Source: Candidatus Sumerlaeaceae bacterium (GTDB lineage: Bacteria > Sumerlaeota > Sumerlaeia > Sumerlaeales > Sumerlaeaceae). From it: a stretch of 64,000 nucleotides of DNA. The notes beneath the pieces are model-generated. The model saw nothing but the letters and a program-made list of their open reading frames with translations, was not told the DNA's origin and did not search any database. Position 1 is the stretch's first letter, and the number at the start of each line of letters is the position of its first letter. Below, in pieces: positions 29,283-38,771 of this stretch. The DNA lies in the NCBI GenBank assembly GCA_049968255.1, contig JBMFRB010000002.1, positions 128,001 through 192,000 of the forward strand, given 5' to 3'. The position numbers and the translations under genes were made by a program.

Positions 29283-30311
29283 ATGACCATGCTTCGAAAT
29301 CGTCTTTTATTGTTTTTAACTTTGTGTACATGGTGGACAGCGCCAATAGCCACGCAGGCGTGCTTTTACTCTCTTTACGCATTCGACACACAGCATGACA
29401 GTCAGACCAACCTTGAGGACCTACTGCTTGATCGCTACGTCGAGGAAGAGAAGTCAAAGGCCCGGGCGAACTTCTATAGCCAAGAGCTCAAGCGCCGCGA
29501 ACGTGACCTCTCAGGCAAACGGCAGGATCCCGAATTTCTACGCGATTACGGCTATCTTTTGCATGTTACAGGCAACACTCCCACCGCAATTCGCATTTGG
29601 GAGGAAGCGTTAGCTAAAGCGCCAAACGATTATGCGCTTCTCTGTAATCTGGCAACGGCGCATCAGATTCTCGGCGTGGATCATTACGCCAAGGCCAGAG
29701 AACTGTTGCAAAAAGCTGTGCGCTTGAAGCCTGGGTTTCGTCACAAAGCAGAGGAATTCCATTTGCGGCTTATCGAGCACCTCATGGCTCAGAGCGAAGA
29801 TTGGCAGTATATCCGCCGGGAACTGCTTTTCCCTCAACTTACCCCTGCGTGGCGAGCACGCAAAGAGCCCCCCAACGAGTTCAATGCTTCTGGGCTTCCG
29901 AAAGATGCAATCCAAGGTCTTGCTGAGCTGTTGCGCCAGTTTCCCAAACAAGGTGATACCTGGATGGTTCTCGGTATGCTTCTCGAAACGAGAGGGAAGT
30001 GGCGTGAGGCGCGGCTGGCTTATCAAAAAGCCCTCAAGTTCGGCTGTGGCATGACCGAAGAATTACGGGAGTATTTTGAAAAATACCGTGCATTTGCGGA
30101 AAAAAAGAACCCTGTCCGCTACGTGGGCTGGCTTTTCCTTAGTGCGTTTTTTCTCATGATTGCTGCCTTCATAGGGCCACGCATGATTGCAACAGTGCGG
30201 GCCGTGGTCGAGGATATCCAAAATGTGCGTCGGCAGAAAGTCGACCGTGAGGACAAAACGAGCCGTCCTCAACCGAACTCACTATCCGGCAGGAAGGGCG
30301 GCGAACGCTAA
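29283..30311 (+). CDS. Exported TPR protein with C-terminal membrane anchor
   Basis: Signal peptide; TPR-like DYGYLLH..G/NLATAHQILG/WMVLGMLLE helices; TM segment YVGWLFLSAFFLMIAAFIG. Confidence 0.7.
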   Translation: MTMLRNRLLLFLTLCTWWTAPIATQACFYSLYAFDTQHDSQTNLEDLLLDRYVEEEKSKARANFYSQELKRRERDLSGKRQDPEFLRDYGYLLHVTGNTPTAIRIWEEALAKAPNDYALLCNLATAHQILGVDHYAKARELLQKAVRLKPGFRHKAEEFHLRLIEHLMAQSEDWQYIRRELLFPQLTPAWRARKEPPNEFNASGLPKDAIQGLAELLRQFPKQGDTWMVLGMLLETRGKWREARLAYQKALKFGCGMTEELREYFEKYRAFAEKKNPVRYVGWLFLSAFFLMIAAFIGPRMIATVRAVVEDIQNVRRQKVDREDKTSRPQPNSLSGRKGGER

Positions 30312-30326
30312 TTCTTTGGGGGTGCT

Positions 30327-32552
30327 ATGAGTTCCCTTTTCGACAATGCGGAGTCCCTTGTGGAGCTTACAGGCACAGTGGATCGGGTTATTTACACGAA
30401 CCCAGAGAACGGATATACGGTTGCAGCCTTGATTCCCAAGGGATCGCGAAAGGAAGTTACCATTGTCGGTTATTATCTCAACGTTCACCCCAACGAGGAG
30501 GTTCGCTGCCGCGGTGAATACATCGAGGACAAACGTTACGGTCGTCAATTTAAGGTCCACTGGTACGAGTCCATCTTGCCGACTTCACTCGAAGCGATAG
30601 AGCGTTATCTTGCTAGCGGTGTTATCAAGGGCATCGGCGAGAAATATGCTAAATTATTATTGGCACATTTCGGCAAAGATATCTTTGACGTCCTCGAACA
30701 TTCGCCCCAACAACTGGCCGAAGTTCCAGGGATTGGCCCAAAGCGGATCGAGAAAATTATCAACAGTTGGAATAGCCAGCGCGTACTCCGGGATGTCATG
30801 CTTTTTCTCCAGCAGCACGAAATTTCTCAATCGCTAGCCCCCAAGATTTACGCCCAGTATGGCCCCGATGCCATCAATCAGCTCCGACGCAACCCCTACC
30901 AGTTAGCGATGGACATTCGTGGTGTCGGATTCAAACGCGCTGATGCTATGGCGAAAAAGCTGGGGATTCCTCCTAACAGTCTCGAACGTGTGAAAGCGGG
31001 ATGTTATTATTTGTTAGCGGAAATGGCGGAGGATGGGCACACGTATTTCCCAGCTGATTCGTTTGTGCTGCGAGCGGCCCAAACACTGGAGGTTGCCGAA
31101 GACCTTGTCGTGCAGGCGCTCAATGCCCTCAAAGCAGAGCGCTACGTTGTGCTGGAGCGTTTACCGGATGGCGTGGGAGCTGTTTATCTACGACCACTTT
31201 ATCAGCATGAAGTTGGCGTGGCACAACAGCTTGCAGCGATTGCATCCACTGCCAAACTCCTACCAAAGATTCCCCTCGAGGAGGAACTGAAAGCGTTCGA
31301 AGAGGCGCACCAATTTGAGCTTGCACCGAATCAGAGAGCAGCTATTGCCATGGTGGCACGCGGAGGCGTTTGCGTGATTACGGGCGGCCCGGGCACGGGA
31401 AAAACGACGATCGTGCGCACGCTTCTCAAGATTCTCGAAAAATACGGCTTGCGTGTTGTTCTCGCTGCTCCCACGGGACGGGCTGCTAAGCGCATGCAGG
31501 AATTGACCCATCACACGGCCTCCACGATTCATCGCCTTCTCCAGTATTCACCTCGCGACGGCCGTTTTCTCAGGAACCGCCAGAATCCGATTCGTGCTGA
31601 CTTCGTTGTAGTCGACGAAACGTCCATGCTGGATATCTCGCTCGCGCATCACTTTTTGCAGGCTTTTCGTCCCACCAGTTCTTTGGTGTTTGTTGGCGAC
31701 GTGGACCAGTTGCCGTCGGTGGGCCCAGGCAATTTCTTGCGCGATTTGATTGCTAGCGACTGTGTGCCGGTCGTGCGTCTTCGCGAGATTTTTCGCCAGG
31801 CTCGGCATTCATCAATCATTCGTAATGCTCACCGCATCAACGAGGGCGAGATGCCCGTCGTCAACCTGAATGATGAGGCAGGCGAGTTTCAATTTTACCG
31901 CGCTGAGACCCAAGAGGAGGCGCTGGAGCTTATCAAGGAACTTGTTGGCACAAAGCTCCCCCAGACGCGTGGCTTTGATCCGAAATCAGACATCCAGGTT
32001 CTGGTTCCGATGCATCGGGGGCTTATCGGTGCGCAGAATCTCAATCGTGAACTTCAGATGCTACTCAATCCTCACGGAGCGACTCTCGAGCGGGGCGGAA
32101 CGCTCTTTCGCATAGGGGATAAAGTGATGCAGGTGGCCAATGATTATGAAAAGAACGTCTTCAATGGCGACATTGGCATGATCGTGGGAATAGATCGGGA
32201 CGAGCGCCTAATCAAAGTTCAGTTCGATCAGCGGATCGTTGTGTATGAATTTAGCGAGCTCGAGGAACTTGAACTTGCCTATGCAGTGACGGTCCACAAA
32301 GCGCAGGGTAGTGAATATCCTGCAATCGTGATTCCACTGCACTTTACTCACTCGGTGATGCTGCACCGCAATTTGCTTTACACAGCAGTAACTCGCGGAC
32401 GCCGGCTGGTGTGTCTCGTGGGACAATGGGGGGCTTTGCGCATGGCGGTCCAGAATATCCGAGAGACGCCCCGATTCTCGGCGTTGCACCTTCGGCTAAA
32501 ACAACGTCTGGGTTCGCGGGAACTGCAGTCTCCCCAAGCGTCTAGCGCCTGA
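30327..32552 (+). CDS. recD2: ATP-dependent RecD-like DNA helicase
   Basis: N-terminal OB/HhH (IKGIG, VPGIG), TGGPGTGKTT, APTGRAAKR, DETSM, GDVDQLPSVGPG and AYAVTVHKAQGSE. Confidence 0.95.
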   Translation: MSSLFDNAESLVELTGTVDRVIYTNPENGYTVAALIPKGSRKEVTIVGYYLNVHPNEEVRCRGEYIEDKRYGRQFKVHWYESILPTSLEAIERYLASGVIKGIGEKYAKLLLAHFGKDIFDVLEHSPQQLAEVPGIGPKRIEKIINSWNSQRVLRDVMLFLQQHEISQSLAPKIYAQYGPDAINQLRRNPYQLAMDIRGVGFKRADAMAKKLGIPPNSLERVKAGCYYLLAEMAEDGHTYFPADSFVLRAAQTLEVAEDLVVQALNALKAERYVVLERLPDGVGAVYLRPLYQHEVGVAQQLAAIASTAKLLPKIPLEEELKAFEEAHQFELAPNQRAAIAMVARGGVCVITGGPGTGKTTIVRTLLKILEKYGLRVVLAAPTGRAAKRMQELTHHTASTIHRLLQYSPRDGRFLRNRQNPIRADFVVVDETSMLDISLAHHFLQAFRPTSSLVFVGDVDQLPSVGPGNFLRDLIASDCVPVVRLREIFRQARHSSIIRNAHRINEGEMPVVNLNDEAGEFQFYRAETQEEALELIKELVGTKLPQTRGFDPKSDIQVLVPMHRGLIGAQNLNRELQMLLNPHGATLERGGTLFRIGDKVMQVANDYEKNVFNGDIGMIVGIDRDERLIKVQFDQRIVVYEFSELEELELAYAVTVHKAQGSEYPAIVIPLHFTHSVMLHRNLLYTAVTRGRRLVCLVGQWGALRMAVQNIRETPRFSALHLRLKQRLGSRELQSPQASSA

Positions 32553-32856
32553 GAAGCGAGCGCGAGAACGTGAGAAGTGTCCGTACGCCGTTGTGCCGGC
32601 GAGCTCTAAACGGTGTGCGCAGAATTCGTCCAGCCGTGACAACGAGAGCTACCCCTGTCATGAGAGTTACGGCCAAAACAATGCTAAGACCAGCGAGAAA
32701 CGCCGCTCCAACAATGCCAAGACCGGTTTGCATTTCTCTCGTGCGTGAGCGCTTATTTTCTGGCGCCTCGAAAGGGGTGGCCTCGACCTCGATTCGCTCA
32801 GTGCGCGTACGCTTGCTTCGAGGGGCTGTGACCACGGCGTGTTTGGTCTCGCTCAT
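32542..32856 (-). CDS. Small membrane hypothetical protein
   Basis: 104-aa ORF with one long hydrophobic segment (GLGIVGAAFLAGLSIVLAVTLMTGVALVV); fills the gap. Confidence 0.5.
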   Translation of the reverse strand: MSETKHAVVTAPRSKRTRTERIEVEATPFEAPENKRSRTREMQTGLGIVGAAFLAGLSIVLAVTLMTGVALVVTAGRILRTPFRARRHNGVRTLLTFSRSLLRR

Positions 32857-33061
32857 CGATCGTAGTTATCCGACACCGTGAACTTGAATTCGGCGAAATC
32901 GACAAAAACTTTGCAGGTCCTAGGGTTGCGGCAAAAACCGAATGTGTCATAGTTGTGACTCTGTTCCGCCACGTTGTGCAAAGATGAATAAAGCACGGAT
33001 TCTTTTTTTACGAAAAATCAAAGAAAGGCAATAGTCCCCCCAGTGGGACACAGGCAAAAAA

Positions 33062-33664
33062 ATGCCGTGTAGTGTTCTCAATGAAAGTGTCCTAGTGTTA
33101 AATAGACACTGGGTTGCAGTCCACGTGACGAACGCACGTCGTGCCCTCGTCCTTCTCTACGCCGCACATGCCCGAGTGGTGACGGAGGACTACTCTACTC
33201 ACACCTTCGAAAGCTGGCGTGAGCTTTCGGCCGCCATGAACACGGTGAAAAAGATCATCACTCCAAGCTTTGAGATTGCCGTGCCAGAAGTTATTATGCT
33301 TACGGAGTTTAGCAAGTTTCCGCCACGCCACGTCAAGTTCTCGCGGCGTAACATTTATCTGCGGGACAATTTTACGTGCCAGTACTGTGGAGCTGTTCCC
33401 CCACGGGAAGAGCTGACAATCGACCACGTTATCCCGCGATCGCGTGGGGGGCGAACCGTGTGGGAGAACGTCGTTCTGGCGTGTGTCAAGTGCAATACGA
33501 TGAAGGGCAACCGTTTGCCAGAAGAAGCTGGACTTGTGTTGCGCACGAAGCCACGAAAACCTCACTGGTTGGCTTGCACAAGCTTCAATCTGCCATCGCA
33601 GCCCAGTTCTCTGTGGCAGCGTTTTCTCGATAATGCTTACTGGAATACACCGCTCCGGCCCTAA
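33062..33664 (+). CDS. HNH endonuclease (McrA-like, Zn-binding)
   Basis: VLVLN, FSRRNIYLRDNFTCQYCG, TIDHVIPRSRGG and WENVVLACVKCN..KG. Confidence 0.92.
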   Translation: MPCSVLNESVLVLNRHWVAVHVTNARRALVLLYAAHARVVTEDYSTHTFESWRELSAAMNTVKKIITPSFEIAVPEVIMLTEFSKFPPRHVKFSRRNIYLRDNFTCQYCGAVPPREELTIDHVIPRSRGGRTVWENVVLACVKCNTMKGNRLPEEAGLVLRTKPRKPHWLACTSFNLPSQPSSLWQRFLDNAYWNTPLRP

Positions 33665-33715
33665 GCAAGAACCTTGTTGATAGTGCTTGCGAAGGCCAGC
33701 CTGTGCAAGGTGCCC

Positions 33716-34993
33716 TCACTCACTGAGTTCTACAATCATAAACTGGGTTTTGCCCACTTTGAGTTTGTAGGTGCCAGCAACCAGAGGCATCCGTGCCGAC
33801 GACAACACAGCAGCGTTATCCAGAAGATCGATTGGTTGACATGGCGGCTGATCAAATACCTTGACGCCGCCTTGCTGCACAAGGCGTTGGGCCTCACGTG
33901 CCGACGATGCTGCACCAGTAGCGGTCAGGAGCTTGATGAGATTGGGTGCCTCCGATAGGCGCAAACGGTAGCGGTCGGCACTCTCCTCTGGAAAAAGCCG
34001 GAGGCTAAAACGAGCCCGGAATGCTTCCGCTTCGCGCTCGGCTGCCTCAGGACTATGATAGAGCGAGACGATTGTCTTTGCCAGCAGTTCTTTTGCGTCG
34101 CGGGGGTGCAATTCCCCAGATTTTACCCGTTCGCGAATGGCTTGTGTTTGCGCCGAAGAGAATCCCGCAGCTAATTGAAAATAATCCCACATGAGCTCAT
34201 CCGGAATGCTCATGGTTTTCCCAAACATGTCGCGCGGAGGCTCTGTGATTCCGATGTAGTTGCCTAGGCTTTTGCTCATTTTATTGACGCCGTCGAGCCC
34301 CACGAGCAGCGGCATGGTCATAACGCACTGAGCATCCATGCCAGCTTCACGCTGGAGAGTGCGTCCTACTAATAAATTAAATTTCTGATCTGTGCCACCC
34401 AGCTCAATGTCCGCGCGCACCGCAATTGAGTCGTACCCCTGCAGCAACGGATAGATGAATTCGTGGAGGTAAATGGGGACCTCGCGTTCGAAGCGGCGAT
34501 GGAAATCTTCGCGTTCGAGCATTTGCGAGACCGTAAATTTGCTCATGAGCTCGATCGTTGCGGAGACGTCCATTTTCTCAAGCCACGTGGAGTTGAAGAC
34601 GACTTCGGTTCGATCGCGGTCGAGAATTTTGAAAATCTGTTCTAAGTAGGTGCGTGCATTTTGGAGGACTTGCTCTTTGCTCAGGCGCGGACGTGTTGTG
34701 TTTTTGCCGCTTGGATCACCAATACGAGCCGTGTAATCGCCAATCAGAAAAACCACTTGATGACCAAGGTCCTGAAATTGCTTCAATTTTCGAATGGGCA
34801 CGCTGTGGCCGAGGTGGATGTCGGGGGCTGATGGGTCTGCACCGTATTTCACACGGAGAGGTCTGCTCTCGCGCTTCGAACGCAACAGCTTCTCAATAAA
34901 TTCCTCAGAGGGGAGAATCTCGACAGTGTTGGAAGCCAAAATCTCGTATTCTTCGCGAATTTCGTCGGGAATGACCAGCGTTGTCTCACTCAT
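33716..34993 (-). CDS. tyrS: Tyrosine--tRNA ligase
   Basis: GADPSAPDIHLGH, YPLLQGYDS, GGTDQKFNL, KMSKS and a C-terminal S4-like domain. Confidence 0.97.
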   Translation of the reverse strand: MSETTLVIPDEIREEYEILASNTVEILPSEEFIEKLLRSKRESRPLRVKYGADPSAPDIHLGHSVPIRKLKQFQDLGHQVVFLIGDYTARIGDPSGKNTTRPRLSKEQVLQNARTYLEQIFKILDRDRTEVVFNSTWLEKMDVSATIELMSKFTVSQMLEREDFHRRFEREVPIYLHEFIYPLLQGYDSIAVRADIELGGTDQKFNLLVGRTLQREAGMDAQCVMTMPLLVGLDGVNKMSKSLGNYIGITEPPRDMFGKTMSIPDELMWDYFQLAAGFSSAQTQAIRERVKSGELHPRDAKELLAKTIVSLYHSPEAAEREAEAFRARFSLRLFPEESADRYRLRLSEAPNLIKLLTATGAASSAREAQRLVQQGGVKVFDQPPCQPIDLLDNAAVLSSARMPLVAGTYKLKVGKTQFMIVELSE

Positions 34994-35161
34994 AGCGATT
35001 TGCCCTTATGGACGTTAGACTCTGAAATCAATAGCAGAGTTCGCTTTTTGTTTGGATGTAACCCCCCCGACGGCAAAAGGCATGCCCCAGGGCATTCGCT
35101 TGCGGCAAACGGGGTGCCTGTGGGTGGCCCATAAGTGCATTCTGAATGCTAGCGAGCCAAC

Positions 35162-36748
35162 CTAAGCTTTCCCTAAGATGGCGATTAGTTGTTCGGGCGT
35201 GTGAGCGTCTACAAAGTCGCGGAACGATTCACCATTTTGGGCCCATGCTTCGAACGCTTTACACAGACGAACCAGGGTTGGAGCCAAGGCCGACGCTGGC
35301 ACCTTGCGCATAATAGTCTCAGCAAATCGGGGCTGCGCGCCGGTTCCACCGCCGAGTTGGATGTCGTAAACCTCCACGGGTTGACCTTCAACTTTGGTCA
35401 GGCCGCCGCGCAACCCAATGTCGGCGATGGCAGTCTGGCCGCAGTTATTGGGGCAGCCACTTATGTGGATCCTCAACTTCCGGTGAAAGTTTGGCAAGGC
35501 TTCCTCAAGCTTACGCGAGAGTTCGATGGATAAAGCTTTAGTCTCAGTGATGGCGAGGTTGCAGAACTCGGTTCCGGTGCAGGCTACCATATAGCGCCGG
35601 AAGCTACTTGGTCGAGGAGAAAATCCCAGCGCCTCGAGGTCATGAACAACATGGGGGATGTTGTCTTTGGGAATATGCGTAATAATGAAATTTTGCTTAT
35701 TTGTGTTGCGAAGAGTGGCGTGAGTCGAGTACTGGTCCACAATGTCCGCCAGGCGCAGGAGTCTATCAGCTGAAGTCCGGCCCGACGTGACACCCACTCC
35801 AACGTAGTAGAGGCCGTCCTGTTTTTGCGGATGAATGCCGAGATGATCGTCTTCTGTGTCGGCAGGTGGGGGCGGCGCGGTGTAACGTTCGAGCTGGTAG
35901 CCAAGCTTATTTTCCAAAAGGCGCAAAAAACCTTCCGCACCGATGCCTATTTTCGGATCGTGGATTAGGAACTTGAGTCGAGCTTTTCCACGATCTTCGC
36001 GCAGCACGTCGCTATCACGGAAAATCGTAGTGATTTCGCGCACGACGTCAAAAACTTGATCGTAAGAGAGAAACACATTGAGATCAGCGGCAAAATAGGG
36101 GCGTGTTGACAGCCCGCCACCCACCATGAGGCCAAAACCGAACTCGTAGCGATTGCCAACTTTCCGCTCGATGCCATATAATCCTACGTCGTTAATCTGC
36201 GGTTGGGCGCATCTCTGTCGGCACCCTGCGATCGAAATTTTGTACTTACGGGGGAGATTGGAAAACTCTTTGTTGCCCGTGAGGTAGGTGCTGATGCGCT
36301 TCACCAAGGGGCTTGCGTCGCAGATCTCCGTGCCGTCGATCCCTGCAATAGGGCAGCCGACAACGTTACGGGTCACGTCGCCGCATGCACCAACGGTGTG
36401 CAGTCCCACTCGTTGCAGCCGGTGGAAGATCTCGGGCACATTCTCGATCCGGATCCAGTGAAGTTGGTAGTTTTGGCGTGTCGTGATATCAACTAACCCT
36501 CTTCCGAACTCCTGGGCGATGGCGGCTACCTCGCGGACCTGATTTGCCAACAGATCGCCGTTGGGAATCTTGACCCGAAGCATGAAATAACCATTTTTGG
36601 GTTTTTGCTGATACAATCCATACCACCGGAAGAGATCGACGTACTCGCGATCCATTTTCTCGAACCCAGCCGCGGCGGCTCGAATGATATCTTCCAAAAC
36701 GTCCAAGCCGTCCTTCTGTCTTTTTAGGTGTTCAACAGTCGTAGCCAT
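35162..36748 (-). CDS. Ferredoxin-type nitrite/sulfite reductase (siroheme-[4Fe-4S])
   Basis: TTRQNYQLH, CGDVTRN, NLPRKYK, ACTGTEFC and SGCPNNCG cluster ligands. Confidence 0.92.
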   Translation of the reverse strand: MATTVEHLKRQKDGLDVLEDIIRAAAAGFEKMDREYVDLFRWYGLYQQKPKNGYFMLRVKIPNGDLLANQVREVAAIAQEFGRGLVDITTRQNYQLHWIRIENVPEIFHRLQRVGLHTVGACGDVTRNVVGCPIAGIDGTEICDASPLVKRISTYLTGNKEFSNLPRKYKISIAGCRQRCAQPQINDVGLYGIERKVGNRYEFGFGLMVGGGLSTRPYFAADLNVFLSYDQVFDVVREITTIFRDSDVLREDRGKARLKFLIHDPKIGIGAEGFLRLLENKLGYQLERYTAPPPPADTEDDHLGIHPQKQDGLYYVGVGVTSGRTSADRLLRLADIVDQYSTHATLRNTNKQNFIITHIPKDNIPHVVHDLEALGFSPRPSSFRRYMVACTGTEFCNLAITETKALSIELSRKLEEALPNFHRKLRIHISGCPNNCGQTAIADIGLRGGLTKVEGQPVEVYDIQLGGGTGAQPRFAETIMRKVPASALAPTLVRLCKAFEAWAQNGESFRDFVDAHTPEQLIAILGKA

Positions 36749-36761
36749 TGTGAATTTCCCT

Positions 36762-36790
36762 ATATATCCAGTAGATTATTAGTTTATTAT
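36762..36790. promoter_or_regulatory. Putative Rrf2-family (IscR/CymR-like) operator
   Basis: Very AT-rich imperfect dyad atatatccagtagattattagtttattat, 13 nt upstream of the reductase start codon. Confidence 0.4.
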
Positions 36791-36942
36791 TCCAGACAAA
36801 TCGTCTTATTCGTTCACACTGGAGGTGCTTAAGCAAAACCGCCAACGTACGCGGCTTCATGTCGCGCCACGATTTAGTTGTCTGCTCGGGCTCGGAAAAA
36901 GTGCAGCGGCCCCGTCGCGAGGTTTTTCGTAGGGGGACCTTT

Positions 36943-38661
36943 TCACTTCACATATTCGCTAATCACGCTGCGGACAATTGGGTTGCGTGCCAGGGCCTCG
37001 GAAGCCTCCGAATACGAGAAACGTCCCGTAGCCAACAGAAGGGCTTTGGGTACAACCTTTTCCACATTTTTGGCGATCTCAATACACAAGCTAATGGAAG
37101 CTTCCCGCTGCGCCTCTGTTAGCTCATCTGTTTGGAAAATGGACTTCAGCAGAGCTTCCAAAGCTTCCTCCGCGGACACCCCCATAAGGTCCGTGATGAT
37201 CGAAATTGTCCGATGAAAAAGTTTATTATTGGAAATACGCAGGTCAACCATGCGGTTTCCAAAAACTTTCCCCGCCAAAATATGCCCACCAGTCGTCGTT
37301 GCGTTCAGCACAAGCTTAATGGCCATTTCGAGAGGAGCGACGCCGAGGTGTGGATGAACGGAAATTGGTAAGTTTACCACGATGTCCGCTTCGGGTGGCT
37401 CCCCGCTCCAGTGAAGGCCAGCCATATGTGCACCACTGCGGCGAATGTCTTCAAGTAGATTGTGACTATCGGCGGGCTTACCTATGAAAATGCAAAGATC
37501 ATCCTCTTTGAGCTTCGGGAGTTTGTTCCGTCGAAAATCATCAAGCGAAACCTGGTAATGAGCGGCTCGCGAAGACAAATCGACCGACCCATCGGGGAAG
37601 AGGCATCTCCAACCACTTTCAACGAAGCCGCGCACGTCTTCGAAATCTGCTCCGAAGGTCGGGGGGCACTCGGATGCATCAATTAGGCCTAAAATTCCTC
37701 CATCTACCGCTGCGTACTCACCCGCATTGAGCCGCATCCGTCCTGCATTCCCGAGGTAGTAGATGTGGCATTTCTTGCGGAGTGCGTTTCCGCCCCACGC
37801 GATGAGCTGTGCGATTTTGTCAGCTTCTAAATAGGTTGTACGATATGCAGTTTCGTATTCCCGCAGGCACTGCAACACATACGCATCGAGGTCCTCTTCG
37901 TGCAGACCGCCTTTTAGCAGCTGGAATGCGCTAGAGAAAACAATTTCCAACACAATCTTTGTCGCAGTGCCGCTTTTCATGCGGGTGGAGCCCGTGATGG
38001 GCTCGGGGCCAACGATGGGATTCAGAATGGTGCCGTTTGGTGCCCCTGCCACCTTTTCTGCCGTAGCCTTGAACGAAAATGGCCAACCTTCCACCGGTGT
38101 TGAGCGGGCTAAGTCGACTGGATTGAAACCAACGAGTACGGCATGCCAGTTTCGGGTTTCGAGCGCGAGTTCAAGTTGACCCGCAATGTAGGGTGCGCTG
38201 AAACCGCACGTGATCCCAAAATAAAGCACGCGTGGCGCACCCTGCGCTAATTGTCTCAGTTCTTGTTGCGCTTTGTAAGGATCGTCTTCAGCTCCCTCTT
38301 GCGCTTGAATAAGTGCGGGTGGGCCGCCAGCAATCAGGAAGCGGAAAGGTTCGTAGCCAAGCGCACGCCATGCCGTGTTGAACTCGCGTGCAAGAAACAT
38401 CGCAAGGCGCCCACTCGTCCCGGCCCCACTCAAGACAATCACATTTTTCTGATCAGAGCAAAAGTCACGCACGAGCTTTGCGCTGCGCGCCATAGCGTCG
38501 ATGCAAGGCCGATCGTAGAAGCCGGCATAAGTACTGTAGCCTGCAAAAATCTGGGCGTCGGTTTGCCTAAGCAGCCGCACAATCCCGACGGGCGGAGCTA
38601 AATCAATATCAGTCGTCAATGGATTTGGTGTCTCTGTGAGCGACCGCAGTTTGCGCTCCAT
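36943..38661 (-). CDS. Glucokinase-regulatory-protein-like double-SIS protein (MurQ/GKRP family)
   Basis: TETPNPLTTDID, SGAGTSGRLA, EGAED, GITCGFSAPYIAGQ, GFNP, GPEPITGSTRMKSGTATK, DASECPPTFGADFEDVRGF and KVFGNRMVDLRISNNKL. Likely start ATG 38661 after a purine-rich RBS. Confidence 0.85.
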   Translation of the reverse strand: MERKLRSLTETPNPLTTDIDLAPPVGIVRLLRQTDAQIFAGYSTYAGFYDRPCIDAMARSAKLVRDFCSDQKNVIVLSGAGTSGRLAMFLAREFNTAWRALGYEPFRFLIAGGPPALIQAQEGAEDDPYKAQQELRQLAQGAPRVLYFGITCGFSAPYIAGQLELALETRNWHAVLVGFNPVDLARSTPVEGWPFSFKATAEKVAGAPNGTILNPIVGPEPITGSTRMKSGTATKIVLEIVFSSAFQLLKGGLHEEDLDAYVLQCLREYETAYRTTYLEADKIAQLIAWGGNALRKKCHIYYLGNAGRMRLNAGEYAAVDGGILGLIDASECPPTFGADFEDVRGFVESGWRCLFPDGSVDLSSRAAHYQVSLDDFRRNKLPKLKEDDLCIFIGKPADSHNLLEDIRRSGAHMAGLHWSGEPPEADIVVNLPISVHPHLGVAPLEMAIKLVLNATTTGGHILAGKVFGNRMVDLRISNNKLFHRTISIITDLMGVSAEEALEALLKSIFQTDELTEAQREASISLCIEIAKNVEKVVPKALLLATGRFSYSEASEALARNPIVRSVISEYVK

Positions 38662-38771
38662 TTTACCCTTTCCCCTTCCCATTTTTTGGCAAGTCGTCGC
38701 TTGGAAGTGCGCCAGCAAACGTCTCTTTTCCCAAGCTGCGGGCTCCAACCGTGCGCGCTCAGAAACGTCTT

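Noticed and set aside
33062-33664. HNH gene as homing endonuclease, IscB or Cas component
   Set aside because: No intron or intein context, RuvC motifs, repeats or transposon ends; fits the common stand-alone ~200-aa HNH family.
34994-35161. Possible T-box leader upstream of tyrS
   Set aside because: The region is too short and has no GGTGGNACC T-box on the coding (minus) strand; only an imperfect GC hairpin near 35079-35129.
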